Counted from the first letter of the stretch, positions 1-9,371 are shown. The stretch is DNA of 64,000 bases from Candidatus Cloacimonadales bacterium (GCA_963662655.2 CAXXTU010000002.1:2080001-2144000); one strand, 5' to 3'. The notes: generated by a model not told the origin, from the sequence alone. Made by a program: numbers and translations.

Positions 1-806
1 CCGTCGTCGAGCTTCCCATGGGCGAAGCGGAGAACCAACTGAGTGTACATATTGTACCAAGAGACTATGACTGCTTGGATGAAGGCCCAACAAGTTTCAC
101 GGTCGATGAGGACGAGAATATCTACGTTCTAACCAGGCGCAAGAACATCATCAAGAAATTCGACAAGGATGGAAACTTCGTTTGTGCCTCGAAATATGAA
201 GGATGTGCTGGTGACGTAATCCGGTTTCTCGGTTACCATGACGGAATGATTTATACAATGAGCGGAGATATGAGTGTTGTATGTGTCAGGCGATATTCCA
301 TGAATCTTGAACTTGTTGATTATCATACCGTCAAACAGGATGGTAGATTCTATTATGGTTTCAGTTTCACTGAAAGCTATCAAGGAAAATTCGGATTGCT
401 CATCTACGATGGACCTCAAGCGATACAAGCAGGCGAACTTGTGCTGCAAAATAACCAATATCATATCAAGAACATGGAGCTGTTCAATTTCACCTACAAG
501 CCCATAGACCTGAAAAAGGTATGGCGTTCCGATATCGGATATCGATTCATGAACTATGATAGAGATAACTACTTGTATTTCGAAAACTTGGTTGCTCCAT
601 TGACAGCAACGGAACTCGGCATTGTAACGGAAAATGGCGATTTCATCTCCACGAATGTCGTTTTCGATTCAAATTTAGTTCATGATGTGCATTTCCACGA
701 TAGAGTTTATCCTTTTATTTCAAAGTCCGGAGTTGCCTATAACCTGGTAGTTTCAAAGGACAAAATTGAGTATATCCGCTGGCATAAGACAGGAGTTGAG
801 AAATGA
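1..806 (+). CDS. Hypothetical beta-propeller (NHL-like) protein, probably 5'-truncated by the window edge
   Basis: Frame is open upstream of ATG 18 to the window edge (VVELPM); GPTSFTVDEDENIYVL...IKKFDKDGNFV resembles an NHL blade; relatively AT-rich. Confidence 0.55.
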   Translation, partial: VVELPMGEAENQLSVHIVPRDYDCLDEGPTSFTVDEDENIYVLTRRKNIIKKFDKDGNFVCASKYEGCAGDVIRFLGYHDGMIYTMSGDMSVVCVRRYSMNLELVDYHTVKQDGRFYYGFSFTESYQGKFGLLIYDGPQAIQAGELVLQNNQYHIKNMELFNFTYKPIDLKKVWRSDIGYRFMNYDRDNYLYFENLVAPLTATELGIVTENGDFISTNVVFDSNLVHDVHFHDRVYPFISKSGVAYNLVVSKDKIEYIRWHKTGVEK

Positions 807-901
807 TCTTCTAACCATCGATGCCTCACAAATGCTACCATCGAAGATACCCACTTCTGTTTCGCACACCAGCAACTACCATAACCGTCCACATATTTCC
901 C

Positions 902-930
902 TTGACCCGAAACAATCGTCTTGATATCCT
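902..930 (+). promoter_or_regulatory. sigma70-type promoter for the PHP-GT4 operon
   Basis: TTGACC-17 nt-TATCCT with TGn extension, 26 nt upstream of ATG 957. Confidence 0.5.
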
Positions 931-956
931 ATTCCAATTGATTATCAGGTGGTTTT

Positions 957-1772
957 ATGAAGATCGATTTACATACACATACAAGCTATTCGGACGGCAA
1001 GCTGCACCCGGAAGAGCTGGTCAGGTTATATGCTGAGCACGGCTTCGATGTTATTTCCATTACCGATCACGACAACATCGACGCGCTTGAACCGGCCCGG
1101 AAAGAGGCGGACAAGCTCGGACTCGAATTGATCCCGGGCGTGGAAATCAGCACCCTGTTCGAGGATCGCGATCTGCACATCCTCGGCTACTACGTGGAGC
1201 TGAACAAGGAGATGCTTGATCTCCTCGATTTCATCCGCCACGAACGGGTGTATCGCGCGGAGAAGATGCTGGCGCTGCTCAAGGAGCACTTCAACATCGA
1301 GCTGAAGATGGAACGCCTCTTCGAGATCAGCGGTTCCCGCGATGTCATCGGCAGGCCGCACATCGCCAAGGCCATCCTGGAGGGCGGTTACTGCGATAAT
1401 ATCCAGGACGCCTTCGATCGCTTCATCGGCGACGATTGCCCCGCAAACCTCCCCAAGCAGAGCGTCTCGCCGGAAGAGGCCATCGCCATCATCAAGCGAG
1501 CGGATGGAATCTCCGTCATGGCGCACCCGCTGTACTCCGGCGGGATCACCAACATCAAGGCCATGATCGAAGCCGGTATTCAGGGCGTGGAGATATTCTA
1601 CCCGGGGCAGGAAAACCACCCGGAGTTTGGCAGAACCGCTCGCCGGAACGAACTGGTCATGACCGGCGGCAGCGACTTCCACGGCTTCAAATCGGACTAT
1701 GAAGTGATGAAAACTTTCAGTGCACCCGATTCCTGCGTTCTCGAATTAAAGAAACTCAAAGGAGTGCAATAA
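957..1772 (+). CDS. PHP-domain metal-dependent phosphoesterase (TrpH/YciV-like)
   Basis: DLHTHT..SDG, ITDHD, GVEIS, HILGY, GRPH, AHP and GGSDFHG motifs. Confidence 0.92.
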   Translation: MKIDLHTHTSYSDGKLHPEELVRLYAEHGFDVISITDHDNIDALEPARKEADKLGLELIPGVEISTLFEDRDLHILGYYVELNKEMLDLLDFIRHERVYRAEKMLALLKEHFNIELKMERLFEISGSRDVIGRPHIAKAILEGGYCDNIQDAFDRFIGDDCPANLPKQSVSPEEAIAIIKRADGISVMAHPLYSGGITNIKAMIEAGIQGVEIFYPGQENHPEFGRTARRNELVMTGGSDFHGFKSDYEVMKTFSAPDSCVLELKKLKGVQ

Positions 1773-2299
1773 TGCCGGAAAATCGAATCCCGGGCATCCT
1801 TCCCGCGAAAAAAGTGTATCGATTCAACCAGTTCGTGCGCTGGCTCGTGCTGGTGTTTGCCGTTGCGGCGTCAGCCTACGCGGTATGGGTCGCATTCAAT
1901 AAAATCGGTGCGGACACGAAGATATTCTTCAAGATCGTCCCCTTCATTATTGTTTTCCTCGCGGTCAACACAATCATCAAAAACCTCTTCAGCATCAACA
2001 CGGTCCGCTTTACCGCCGGGGCCATCCAGTTCGGCTTTATCGGCAGGGCGAAGGTCGTGATCCCGTGGGAATCGATGAAGAAGATGGAGTTCGTGACCTC
2101 GCGCCAACGCCTCATCCGTATCACGTACGACAAGAACGGCAACGACGCGGTGTTCACCTTCACGACCGCTTTCCCGAAGATTCTCGAAATCCTCAACGGA
2201 ATCCTGGGCATGAAACCGGACATCGAGATGGATGAATTCCTCGACAAGGTTCTGGTCGGTCCACCAACATACAATATAGACGAAAAAGAAGACAAATAA
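1772..2299 (+). CDS. Hypothetical membrane protein (2 TM plus PH-like soluble domain)
   Basis: Two hydrophobic segments; start overlaps the upstream stop (TAATG). Confidence 0.75.
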   Translation: MPENRIPGILPAKKVYRFNQFVRWLVLVFAVAASAYAVWVAFNKIGADTKIFFKIVPFIIVFLAVNTIIKNLFSINTVRFTAGAIQFGFIGRAKVVIPWESMKKMEFVTSRQRLIRITYDKNGNDAVFTFTTAFPKILEILNGILGMKPDIEMDEFLDKVLVGPPTYNIDEKEDK

Positions 2300-2309
2300 A
2301 GCGAGTGAT

Positions 2310-3434
2310 ATGCGAATCGCTTTCTTAGGTCCCGCCCACCCCATCCGGGGAGGAATCGCTCAATTCATCGCCATTCTGGCCCAGCGACTCCAGAAAAGGG
2401 GCCATGAAGTGAAGGTGTTCTCCTTTCACCGGCAATATCCCAAAATTCTATTCCCGGGCAAGGAGCAGGTCGACCACAGCAAGAAGCGGATCGAGCTGGA
2501 CATCCAGGCCGTTGTAACGCCATACAATCCACTGACGTGGCCTTCCGCGCTACGGCAGATCAAGCGCTGGAAGCCGGATGTCCTCATCATGAAATACTGG
2601 ATACCCTTCTTTGCTCCCATGTACGCGTGGATGGTTCGGAAGCTGAAGAAACACACCGGCATCCGCACCATCTTTGTGATCGACAACATCGAATTTCACG
2701 AGAAATGGATCGCAGGCGATACATTGACTCGCCTGGCCCTGGGCAAAGCTGACAACCTGATCACCATGTCGGACGCGGTGTATCGTTCCGTGGACAAGGT
2801 ACTGCCGGGATTTCCCGCGCATAAGGTCGTTCCGCTCTTCCACCCCAATTACGACTACTATACGGAGCCCGTTACACGCGAGACGGCCAAGGCCCACTTC
2901 CATCTTGGGGAGGGACCGGTCATTCTGTTCTTCGGCTACATCAAGCGATACAAGGGTCTGGACATCCTCCTGGATGCCGTGCCGGAAATTCGCGAGCAAA
3001 TCCCGGACATCCAGCTATTGATCGCCGGAGAGGTCTACGGCGACCCGGGCGAGTACGAGGAGAAAATCGCCTCGCTCGGTGACTGCGTGAATTTCCAGAA
3101 TCGTTTCATCAACAACGAAGAGGTGCCTTATTTCTTCAACGCCAGCGACGTGGTGGTTCTCCCCTATCGTAGCGCTACGCAGAGCGGAATAACGCAACTC
3201 GCTTTCGCTTTCGACAAACCAGTCGTGGCGACGGATGTTGGAGGGCTTTCTGAAGTGATTCACGACGGGAAGAACGGATTCCTCGTCGAAGCGGAGAATA
3301 CTTCCGCTGTCGCTGAGGGCGTTGTGAGGTTCTTCAAGGAAAACCGGGGAGAGGCGTTTGCGAACGAAATCCGCATGGAGAAGGCGAAATACGACTGGGA
3401 GCCTTTCGTGGATGAAGTGGAGAAACTGCTTTGA
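2310..3434 (+). CDS. Glycosyltransferase family 4
   Basis: GGIAQF N-terminus, FFGYIKRYKG, VVLPYRSATQSG, PVVATDVGGL. Confidence 0.92.
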   Translation: MRIAFLGPAHPIRGGIAQFIAILAQRLQKRGHEVKVFSFHRQYPKILFPGKEQVDHSKKRIELDIQAVVTPYNPLTWPSALRQIKRWKPDVLIMKYWIPFFAPMYAWMVRKLKKHTGIRTIFVIDNIEFHEKWIAGDTLTRLALGKADNLITMSDAVYRSVDKVLPGFPAHKVVPLFHPNYDYYTEPVTRETAKAHFHLGEGPVILFFGYIKRYKGLDILLDAVPEIREQIPDIQLLIAGEVYGDPGEYEEKIASLGDCVNFQNRFINNEEVPYFFNASDVVVLPYRSATQSGITQLAFAFDKPVVATDVGGLSEVIHDGKNGFLVEAENTSAVAEGVVRFFKENRGEAFANEIRMEKAKYDWEPFVDEVEKLL

Positions 3435-4696
3435 AACGATGCCTGCTTCTCACCTACTATTTCCCGCCTTGCGGGGGAGCCGGAGTCCAGCGCTGGGTAC
3501 GCTTCCTGCGCTACCTGCCACAAAACGGCTGGCTGCCGACGGTTATAACTACAAAAGACGGAGACTACCCCGTAATCGATGACAGCCTTCTCACCACGAT
3601 CCCGCCAGAGATCGAGATCATCCGCACGCACACACCGTCTTATGCGGGATTGTTCCGTAAACTCGCCGGCAAGAAGGCGCAGATTCCCTACGGGGATTTC
3701 AGCACAAGCAAGAAGGATTCACCCCTTAAGCGATTAGCCTTTTTCCTTCGACTCCACACCGTTGCGCCGGACATGCGCATCCTATGGAATCCATACCTTT
3801 ACAGGGCCGCGCTGGAAGAGCTTCGAACGAAGAAGTACGATTGCATCCTCACCACCGCTCCACCCCACTCGACGCATCTGGTGGCGAAGAAGCTGAAAAA
3901 GAGATTCGGGATCCCCTGGCTGGCCGATTTCCGCGATCCGTGGACCAAGGTCTTCTACCTCCAGCAGCAAAAACAGAATCCCGTAATCCGGGCCATCAAC
4001 AACCGTATGGAGAGAGGCGTTGTCGGAAACGCCGACGTGAATCTGATCATCACGAAGTATATCGCGGACGAGCTTCCCAATGGCAACAAGGTTGTGCTTT
4101 ATAACGGATACGATCAGCAGGATTTCGAGAAGGCGGAATACCGGAAATCGGAGAAATTTCGTCTGAAATTCATCGGAAAGGTCACCCAGGGGCAGGACAT
4201 CGCCGCAGCGATTTCGGCAATCGAGGAGCTGCGTAACGATGGCTTGGACAAGCTCGAGGCGGTCTTTATTGGAACGTGGAACAAGGGGCAGGAACCGTTC
4301 GGGCAAAGCTTCATCCGCTATCTCCCACAGCAGCCGCACGCTGAAGCCGTTCGGCAGATCGTGGATGCGGAAGCTCTGCTGCTGCTGATCAACCAGTATG
4401 AAGGTAGCAAAGGCATGCTCACCACGAAGCTGTTCGAGTACGTTGGAGCGAAAACGCCGATCGTAGCGCTTGGCGATACGCGAGGGGAAGCAAACGCGGT
4501 TCTGCGTGATTATGGCGCAGGAAAGATGTTCGAATACAACGACGCGAAGAATTTCAAGCAGGAAATCGGAAGATTGTATCGTGCCTGGGAAAGCGGCCGG
4601 GCAATCCGCAATCAGAAAGACGTGGCATCCCTATCTGCCAGGGAACAAACGAAAGAATTGGCGGACATCCTCAATCGGATGCTCCCTCTTCCTTGA
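3431..4696 (+). CDS. Glycosyltransferase family 4 (GT-B)
   Basis: TYYFPPCGGAGVQR, TTAPPHSTH, ADFRDPW, KLFEY motifs; TTG start overlaps the upstream stop. Confidence 0.9.
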   Translation: MKRCLLLTYYFPPCGGAGVQRWVRFLRYLPQNGWLPTVITTKDGDYPVIDDSLLTTIPPEIEIIRTHTPSYAGLFRKLAGKKAQIPYGDFSTSKKDSPLKRLAFFLRLHTVAPDMRILWNPYLYRAALEELRTKKYDCILTTAPPHSTHLVAKKLKKRFGIPWLADFRDPWTKVFYLQQQKQNPVIRAINNRMERGVVGNADVNLIITKYIADELPNGNKVVLYNGYDQQDFEKAEYRKSEKFRLKFIGKVTQGQDIAAAISAIEELRNDGLDKLEAVFIGTWNKGQEPFGQSFIRYLPQQPHAEAVRQIVDAEALLLLINQYEGSKGMLTTKLFEYVGAKTPIVALGDTRGEANAVLRDYGAGKMFEYNDAKNFKQEIGRLYRAWESGRAIRNQKDVASLSAREQTKELADILNRMLPLP

Positions 4697-4943
4697 AACG
4701 CTCGATAATCGTGTAGTACTCCGGCGCGGTTTTCTTCGAAACATTCCCCACCGGTATCTTTTCTATCTTGAGCTTCGTGTTCCAACCGAACACCGAGTAT
4801 TCTATCTCGTCTCCATCGGAAACGATCGTGCTTGCCTTGGAAACTTTTCCGTTGAGCTTTACCAGATTGCTGTCGCAGGCTTTCTTCGCCATGCTGCGTG
4901 TCTTCATCAGGCACAATGTGTTAAGCAGTTGATCGATGCGCAT
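4671..4943 (-). CDS. S4-domain RNA-binding protein (Hsp15/HslR or RqcP-like)
   Basis: MRIDQLL..LCLMKTRSMAKKACD..VKLNG..SKAS..V..GD S4 signature. Confidence 0.88.
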   Translation of the reverse strand: MRIDQLLNTLCLMKTRSMAKKACDSNLVKLNGKVSKASTIVSDGDEIEYSVFGWNTKLKIEKIPVGNVSKKTAPEYYTIIERFKEEGASD

Positions 4944-5066
4944 ATAAACCCCTGTTATTCTTTTGTGCCACCTTTATCAAATATTATCTGGCAGGCAATT
5001 TTTTTCCTTGCCAGATTTTCCTGTATCGTGATTTTGGCTTTCACATGAATTGTAAGGAGCTTGTAA

Positions 5067-5627
5067 ATGGCTGGAATGAATGATCTCCGTAACGGAATGG
5101 TTATTAACTGGCGTGGCAAACTTTGGGAAGTTGTTGAATTTCTCCATGTGAAGCCAGGCAAAGGCGCCGCTTTCGTGCGCTCGAAAATCAAGGATGTCAT
5201 GACGGGGCAGGTGATTGAAAACACCTGGCGCTCCAGCGACAAGTTTGACGAAGTTCGCATCGAAAAGGTGAATAAGCAATATCTCTATTTCGATGGAAGC
5301 TTCTATGTGTTTATGGACAACGACACCTACGAACAGATGTCTGTCCCGGAAGAAGTGATTGGCGACATTGCACCTTACATGATCGAGAACATCGAAGTGT
5401 GGATGCGCATCGATCCGAATGGCAAGATCATCGGTATCGAGCTTCCCATCACGATCGAGATGGAAATCACGGAATGTGAACCGAATGTGAAAGGTAACAC
5501 GGCCTCGGGTGGCGGCAAGGGCGCGGTCACACAAACCGGCCTGAAAGTTACAGTTCCCTTCTTCATCGAAGTTGGCGACCATATAAAAATTGATACTCGT
5601 TCAGGCGAGTATCTGGAACGTGTATAA
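5067..5627 (+). CDS. efp: Translation elongation factor P
   Basis: HVKPGKGAAFVR, KGNTA, VPFFI..GD.IKIDTR..EY.ER. Confidence 0.97.
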   Translation: MAGMNDLRNGMVINWRGKLWEVVEFLHVKPGKGAAFVRSKIKDVMTGQVIENTWRSSDKFDEVRIEKVNKQYLYFDGSFYVFMDNDTYEQMSVPEEVIGDIAPYMIENIEVWMRIDPNGKIIGIELPITIEMEITECEPNVKGNTASGGGKGAVTQTGLKVTVPFFIEVGDHIKIDTRSGEYLERV

Positions 5628-5641
5628 AAATAAAAAAATAC

Positions 5642-5670
5642 TTGACAACCTACTCGATGTAGATCAAATT
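5642..5670 (+). promoter_or_regulatory. Possible sigma70 promoter with A-tract UP element
   Basis: TTGACA-17 nt-CAAATT preceded by an A-rich tract; the -10 is imperfect. Confidence 0.4.
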
Positions 5671-5693
5671 ATCTATGTTGATGCGGAGGAAAA

Positions 5694-5900
5694 ATGGCTA
5701 AAGGTAGATCTTTCTCAGCAAAATTGGCACATGAAATCTCAACCGAAGGTAAAGTGATTTGCCCGGTTTGCAACACTGAAGTGAAACAAGTGAAACTGAT
5801 TCGGGCTAGAAAATCCAAAAGCGAAAGCTGGGCCCCACGGTATGAGTTCATTAAAATGTGCAAATGCAACGAAAATGATGTTATGAGCGGTAAAGTTTAG
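5694..5900 (+). CDS. Small basic Cys4 protein, possible bL38/DUF4295-like ribosomal protein
   Basis: Strong RBS GGAGG; Lys/Arg-rich; CPVC and CKC; followed by a strong hairpin. Confidence 0.75.
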   Translation: MAKGRSFSAKLAHEISTEGKVICPVCNTEVKQVKLIRARKSKSESWAPRYEFIKMCKCNENDVMSGKV

Positions 5901-5935
5901 AGTTCTCACACCCTACATAAAATGCCCTCCTAGCG

Positions 5936-5967
5936 AATACCCTCTAATCGCCCGATTAGAGGGTATT
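5936..5967 (+). terminator. Perfect inverted repeat, probable intrinsic terminator
   Basis: AATACCCTCTAATCG-cc-CGATTAGAGGGTATT followed by T-rich sequence. Confidence 0.65.
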
Positions 5968-6054
5968 TCCATTTTAGAAATCCTCTTCTCTTTGCAGTCT
6001 CTCTTACAAATTCTCCATACAGCACCAGAAAACCCGGCATCGCACAACCATACA

Positions 6055-6234
6055 GCGCGCAGACGGCGTGTGTGCATAGCACACGAGAATGCATCCCTAC
6101 TCATCCCCAATAAATGAGCAGGGATGCATTCTCAGAAAGCCCCCAAAAAGCCCCGACAACATGCTTCATCCACCAGTTGTTACCGGTTTGATTCATGTTG
6201 TCGGGGCGTATGGGCTTCCACGCCGTCCGCGCGC
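6055..6234 (+). repeat. Four-way-junction palindromic element, family B copy 1
   Basis: Outer stem GCGCGCAGACGGCGT/ACGCCGTCCGCGCGC; hairpin GTGTGC-ata-GCACAC; 20-bp arm 6085-6133; AAGCCC..GGGCTT arm enclosing GCCCCGACAACATG/CATGTTGTCGGGGC. Confidence 0.75.
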
Positions 6235-6251
6235 GGCAAGCAGGTCGAAAC

Positions 6252-7151
6252 CTATTTCACTTTCACAAGCTTGTCCATCGGAACGCGCATGATATCCTTC
6301 TGTTCGTTGGTCACGATCAATTCGTCACCGTCCCAGCAAATTCCCTCGCATTGCCTTGCCTTGATCGGCAAATACTCAACGCTTCCGGTAAGCCATTCAC
6401 CCGGCGTGTCTGCCGTGAACACCCAGAGATTCAAATACGTGAGTACTGCCAGCTTCCTGCCGTCGGGCGTACAATCCGCACCGGTAACGTTCCCGATCTT
6501 GACGTCGAAGGTTTCAAGCTTGGTGAGAACGTTTTCTTCAAGCTGATTCTCGCTTTCCAGCCTGTACAGCGTCGTGTTTGTATCGGAGCGGTTCTTACTC
6601 AGCAGATAGATATGTCCACCAGCGTAGAATACGGCTTCGCAGTCGTAATTGCGCATTTTGGGCGGAAACTCCTCCTGGTCGGGATAACGGAACGGTATCT
6701 TCTTCGAGTACCGGCAGGCAATCGTGTTGTCCGGAACCGGCTCTTCGACAATGTACAACGCAAGATCCTTGCGCGTATTGCCGTTGTTGCCGCAAGCTCC
6801 GATAATCAGATTCCCCCTATCGTCGGCAGCGATATCCTCCCAATCGATATTCACCGCGTCGGGAATTGAGATGCCTTCAAACTCGGGGTACCATTCCGGC
6901 TTGAAGCAATCTCCCTTCAGATCGAACGGAAAGATGCGCGCCTTGTCACCGCTGTCATTCAGCGTCCAGAAAACACCGTCGTACTGCCGGCTCTTAACAA
7001 TCGCGCTCGATTCATCGATCTCCGCATGCGAGAAAGCCGTGACAGGCTTAAGATACACCGTATCGACCACAGGTACTTCAATCGAAATCACATCCTGCGC
7101 CATGATGGCGCACACGAGCATCAAAAAAGTAATTAAAATTGCGTATTTCAT
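6252..7151 (-). CDS. Secreted beta-propeller protein (SdiA-regulated/esterase-like)
   Basis: Signal peptide MKYAILITFLMLVCAIMA; ESSAI..S..FWTLNDSG, DWEDIA, GNN.N.R, DCEA motifs; GGAG RBS before ATG 7151. Confidence 0.75.
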   Translation of the reverse strand: MKYAILITFLMLVCAIMAQDVISIEVPVVDTVYLKPVTAFSHAEIDESSAIVKSRQYDGVFWTLNDSGDKARIFPFDLKGDCFKPEWYPEFEGISIPDAVNIDWEDIAADDRGNLIIGACGNNGNTRKDLALYIVEEPVPDNTIACRYSKKIPFRYPDQEEFPPKMRNYDCEAVFYAGGHIYLLSKNRSDTNTTLYRLESENQLEENVLTKLETFDVKIGNVTGADCTPDGRKLAVLTYLNLWVFTADTPGEWLTGSVEYLPIKARQCEGICWDGDELIVTNEQKDIMRVPMDKLVKVK

Positions 7152-7260
7152 ACTCCCACTCCTCAATTGCATCATGCGGCAGCATCCCATTCCGAAATCT
7201 TCTTGTCAAGGAGAAGCATTCAACGTGAAATGGGTCTCAAGAGAACCCACAGGAGTGATT

Positions 7261-7986
7261 ATGGACCACGTAGCACACTATAAAACGGATGCAGAACTTT
7301 TCGATTATTTCGATGAAGAATTCGTCTCTCCCGACGAACAACGACGACGTCAGGTAGTTTTCCACCTTTGTCGGCCAGGTCTCGGAGAGAAAATACTCGA
7401 CGTTGGATCCGGCAGCGGCTGGTTCTCCATCGAGATGGCGCAACGAGGATTCGACATTACGGCCCTAGACCTCTCCGAGAAGAATCTCGAGCGTATTAAG
7501 CAAAGCGCTCCAGCCGTCAAGACAGCAGCGGCTGACGCTTACAAAACGCCCTTCGAGTCGGGCAGCTTCGACTGGGTCATCGCCAACGAGATTATAGAAC
7601 ACCTCGAGAATCCGGTAGAAGCCCTTAAAGAGTGGCGCAGGATCCTCAAACCCGGTGGAAAAGTCCTGTTGGCAACACCCTATCGCGAAAAAATCCTGTA
7701 CGCGCTATGCATCCACTGCAATCGCAAAACGCCGCTCCATGCGCATCTTCATTCCTGGACGAAAGTATCGCTACGTGAAGCATTCGTCGAAGGCGGATTC
7801 AAACGCGGCTGCATGGTGCCCTTTTTCAACCAATACCTCTCTCATTTCAGGATCAACACACTCCTGCAAAAGATTCCATTCCTTTGCTGGTTCCTGCTGG
7901 ATCGCGTCATGAACAAATGGACCGACAAACCCCGTTTCATCGCCGTCATTGCTCGGAAATCAATGGAGGAACCATGCCAACAGTAA
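7261..7986 (+). CDS. Class I SAM-dependent methyltransferase
   Basis: ILDVGSGSG, FDWV..EIIEHL, LKPGG; AGGAG RBS before ATG 7261; CIHC..HAH motif. Confidence 0.88.
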   Translation: MDHVAHYKTDAELFDYFDEEFVSPDEQRRRQVVFHLCRPGLGEKILDVGSGSGWFSIEMAQRGFDITALDLSEKNLERIKQSAPAVKTAAADAYKTPFESGSFDWVIANEIIEHLENPVEALKEWRRILKPGGKVLLATPYREKILYALCIHCNRKTPLHAHLHSWTKVSLREAFVEGGFKRGCMVPFFNQYLSHFRINTLLQKIPFLCWFLLDRVMNKWTDKPRFIAVIARKSMEEPCQQ

Positions 7987-9062
7987 AAGATATTGCCGCT
8001 ATCGTTCACCGATTCGCCCCCCCGGCTCTCGCTTACGAGTGGGACAATCCGGGATTGCAAGTGGGCGACTGGTCGCAGGAAGTTACCAAAATCCTCGTAG
8101 CGCTCGATGTGACACCCAGCGCACTCGATTACGCGCTGGAGATCGGCGCAAATATGATCATTTCCCATCATCCGCTGATCTTCCGGAAAATCCGCAACAT
8201 CACCGATCCCTTCCTTCTCGATCTCATCCGGAATAACATCGCCGTCCTCAGCGCGCACACCAACCTCGATGTCACCATCGATGGCGTGAATCATGAGCTC
8301 GCGAAAACGCTTGGCATTGGTAATCTGAAGTACATCAGCAACGAAAGCGGCGCCGGATATTTCCATATTGCTGTATACGTGCCGGAAGATAATCTGGAAT
8401 TACTTGCAGAAGCCGTTTACAAAACCGGCGCGGGTCGCATCGGCGAGTACAGGGATTGCGGAACGCAGCACCCGGTTAAAGGAAGATTCGAGCCGCTTAC
8501 CGGAGCAAATCCAACGATCGGCGAAATCGGGCGTAAAGAAACCGTGCGCGAGATGAAGTTCGAGTTCTTCGCCGACAGTACAAACCTGAACGCTGCGATC
8601 AGCGCCATGAAATCGGTACACCCCTACGAAGAACCGATTTTTGCAATATACCCACAGCATCAGAGCAGTCCGAACTACGGCCTCGGCCTGATAGGCACAC
8701 TCGATTCACCAATGTCCCTCAGCGATTTCGCTCAGTACGTGAAAGGCTGCTTGCATGCGCCATTTGTCAGACTATGGGATGCTGGCAAGTCACATCAAAC
8801 TCCCATATCAAAAGTCGCGCTCTGTGGCGGTTCAGGTTCCTCGCTCCTCGGGAAGGCATCTGGAAAAGCCGACGTTTTTATCTCCGGCGACTTCACTTAC
8901 CACACTTTGCTCGATTCCAGAATGCCCATCATCGATGCCGGACACTTCTATACGGAGTTCCCCTCACTCCAAATTATAAAAAAAATTCTCACCCACTGCG
9001 AAGTGGACATCGAAATACTAGCTCTTGAAAACCACGAGGGATCAAGGCTCCTCTCTGTATAA
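7974..9062 (+). CDS. Nif3-like dinuclear metal centre protein (GTP cyclohydrolase I type 2 homologue) with PII-like insertion
   Basis: WDNPGLQVG, ISHHPLIF, HTNLD, HPYEEP, GGSG, DAGHFYTE. Confidence 0.93.
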   Translation: MPTVKDIAAIVHRFAPPALAYEWDNPGLQVGDWSQEVTKILVALDVTPSALDYALEIGANMIISHHPLIFRKIRNITDPFLLDLIRNNIAVLSAHTNLDVTIDGVNHELAKTLGIGNLKYISNESGAGYFHIAVYVPEDNLELLAEAVYKTGAGRIGEYRDCGTQHPVKGRFEPLTGANPTIGEIGRKETVREMKFEFFADSTNLNAAISAMKSVHPYEEPIFAIYPQHQSSPNYGLGLIGTLDSPMSLSDFAQYVKGCLHAPFVRLWDAGKSHQTPISKVALCGGSGSSLLGKASGKADVFISGDFTYHTLLDSRMPIIDAGHFYTEFPSLQIIKKILTHCEVDIEILALENHEGSRLLSV

Positions 9063-9173
9063 GAAATGCGCTCATTAATGGGAGGGTGGGCGCATGGAAT
9101 TGGAAATGGATTTGCCGACTTCGCAAATCCAGTTTCAAATCCATGCGGGACCGCTTCTCTCCAAGCGCATTTC
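9063..9173. repeat. Long imperfect hairpin (about 110 nt)
   Basis: GAAATGCGCT/AGCGCATTTC outer stem; GCATGGA..TGGATTTGC/GCAAATCCA..TCCATGC inner stem. Confidence 0.65.
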
Positions 9174-9189
9174 GTCAATAATCGCACGA

Positions 9190-9371
9190 CGTGGCATCTT
9201 CGCCCGATCGTGCCGCTCCAACGTGGATATAATGCACCTTTGATCTCCACTAACATGATTTCGAGGAACGAAATCACAACGCTCAGGTTTTCGTTTTAAC
9301 TACGTCAAAGCCGAAAATAGGTGCATAACACCACGTCTCCGCGGCAGATCGAACGAATCTACTCACGTCTC
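9190..9371 (+). repeat. 182-bp structured element, family A copy 1
   Basis: 9 mismatches to 15680-15861; termini shared with the inverted copy at 62077-62203. Confidence 0.92.

Noticed and set aside
6724..7260. N-terminal extension of the methyltransferase ORF
   Set aside because: Overlaps the opposite-strand gene; the RBS supports a start at 7261
9066..9299. Similar short ORFs at 9066-9299 and 15598-15789 (WHLRPIVP..FSF)
   Set aside because: Translations of the family A repeat with unrelated N-termini; not preserved in the third copy
9190..9371. Family A element as an integron attC site or 6S RNA
   Set aside because: No RYYYAAC/GTTRRRY ends or cassette array; three dispersed copies with a variable centre argue against 6S, though an Rfam scan is needed to exclude it
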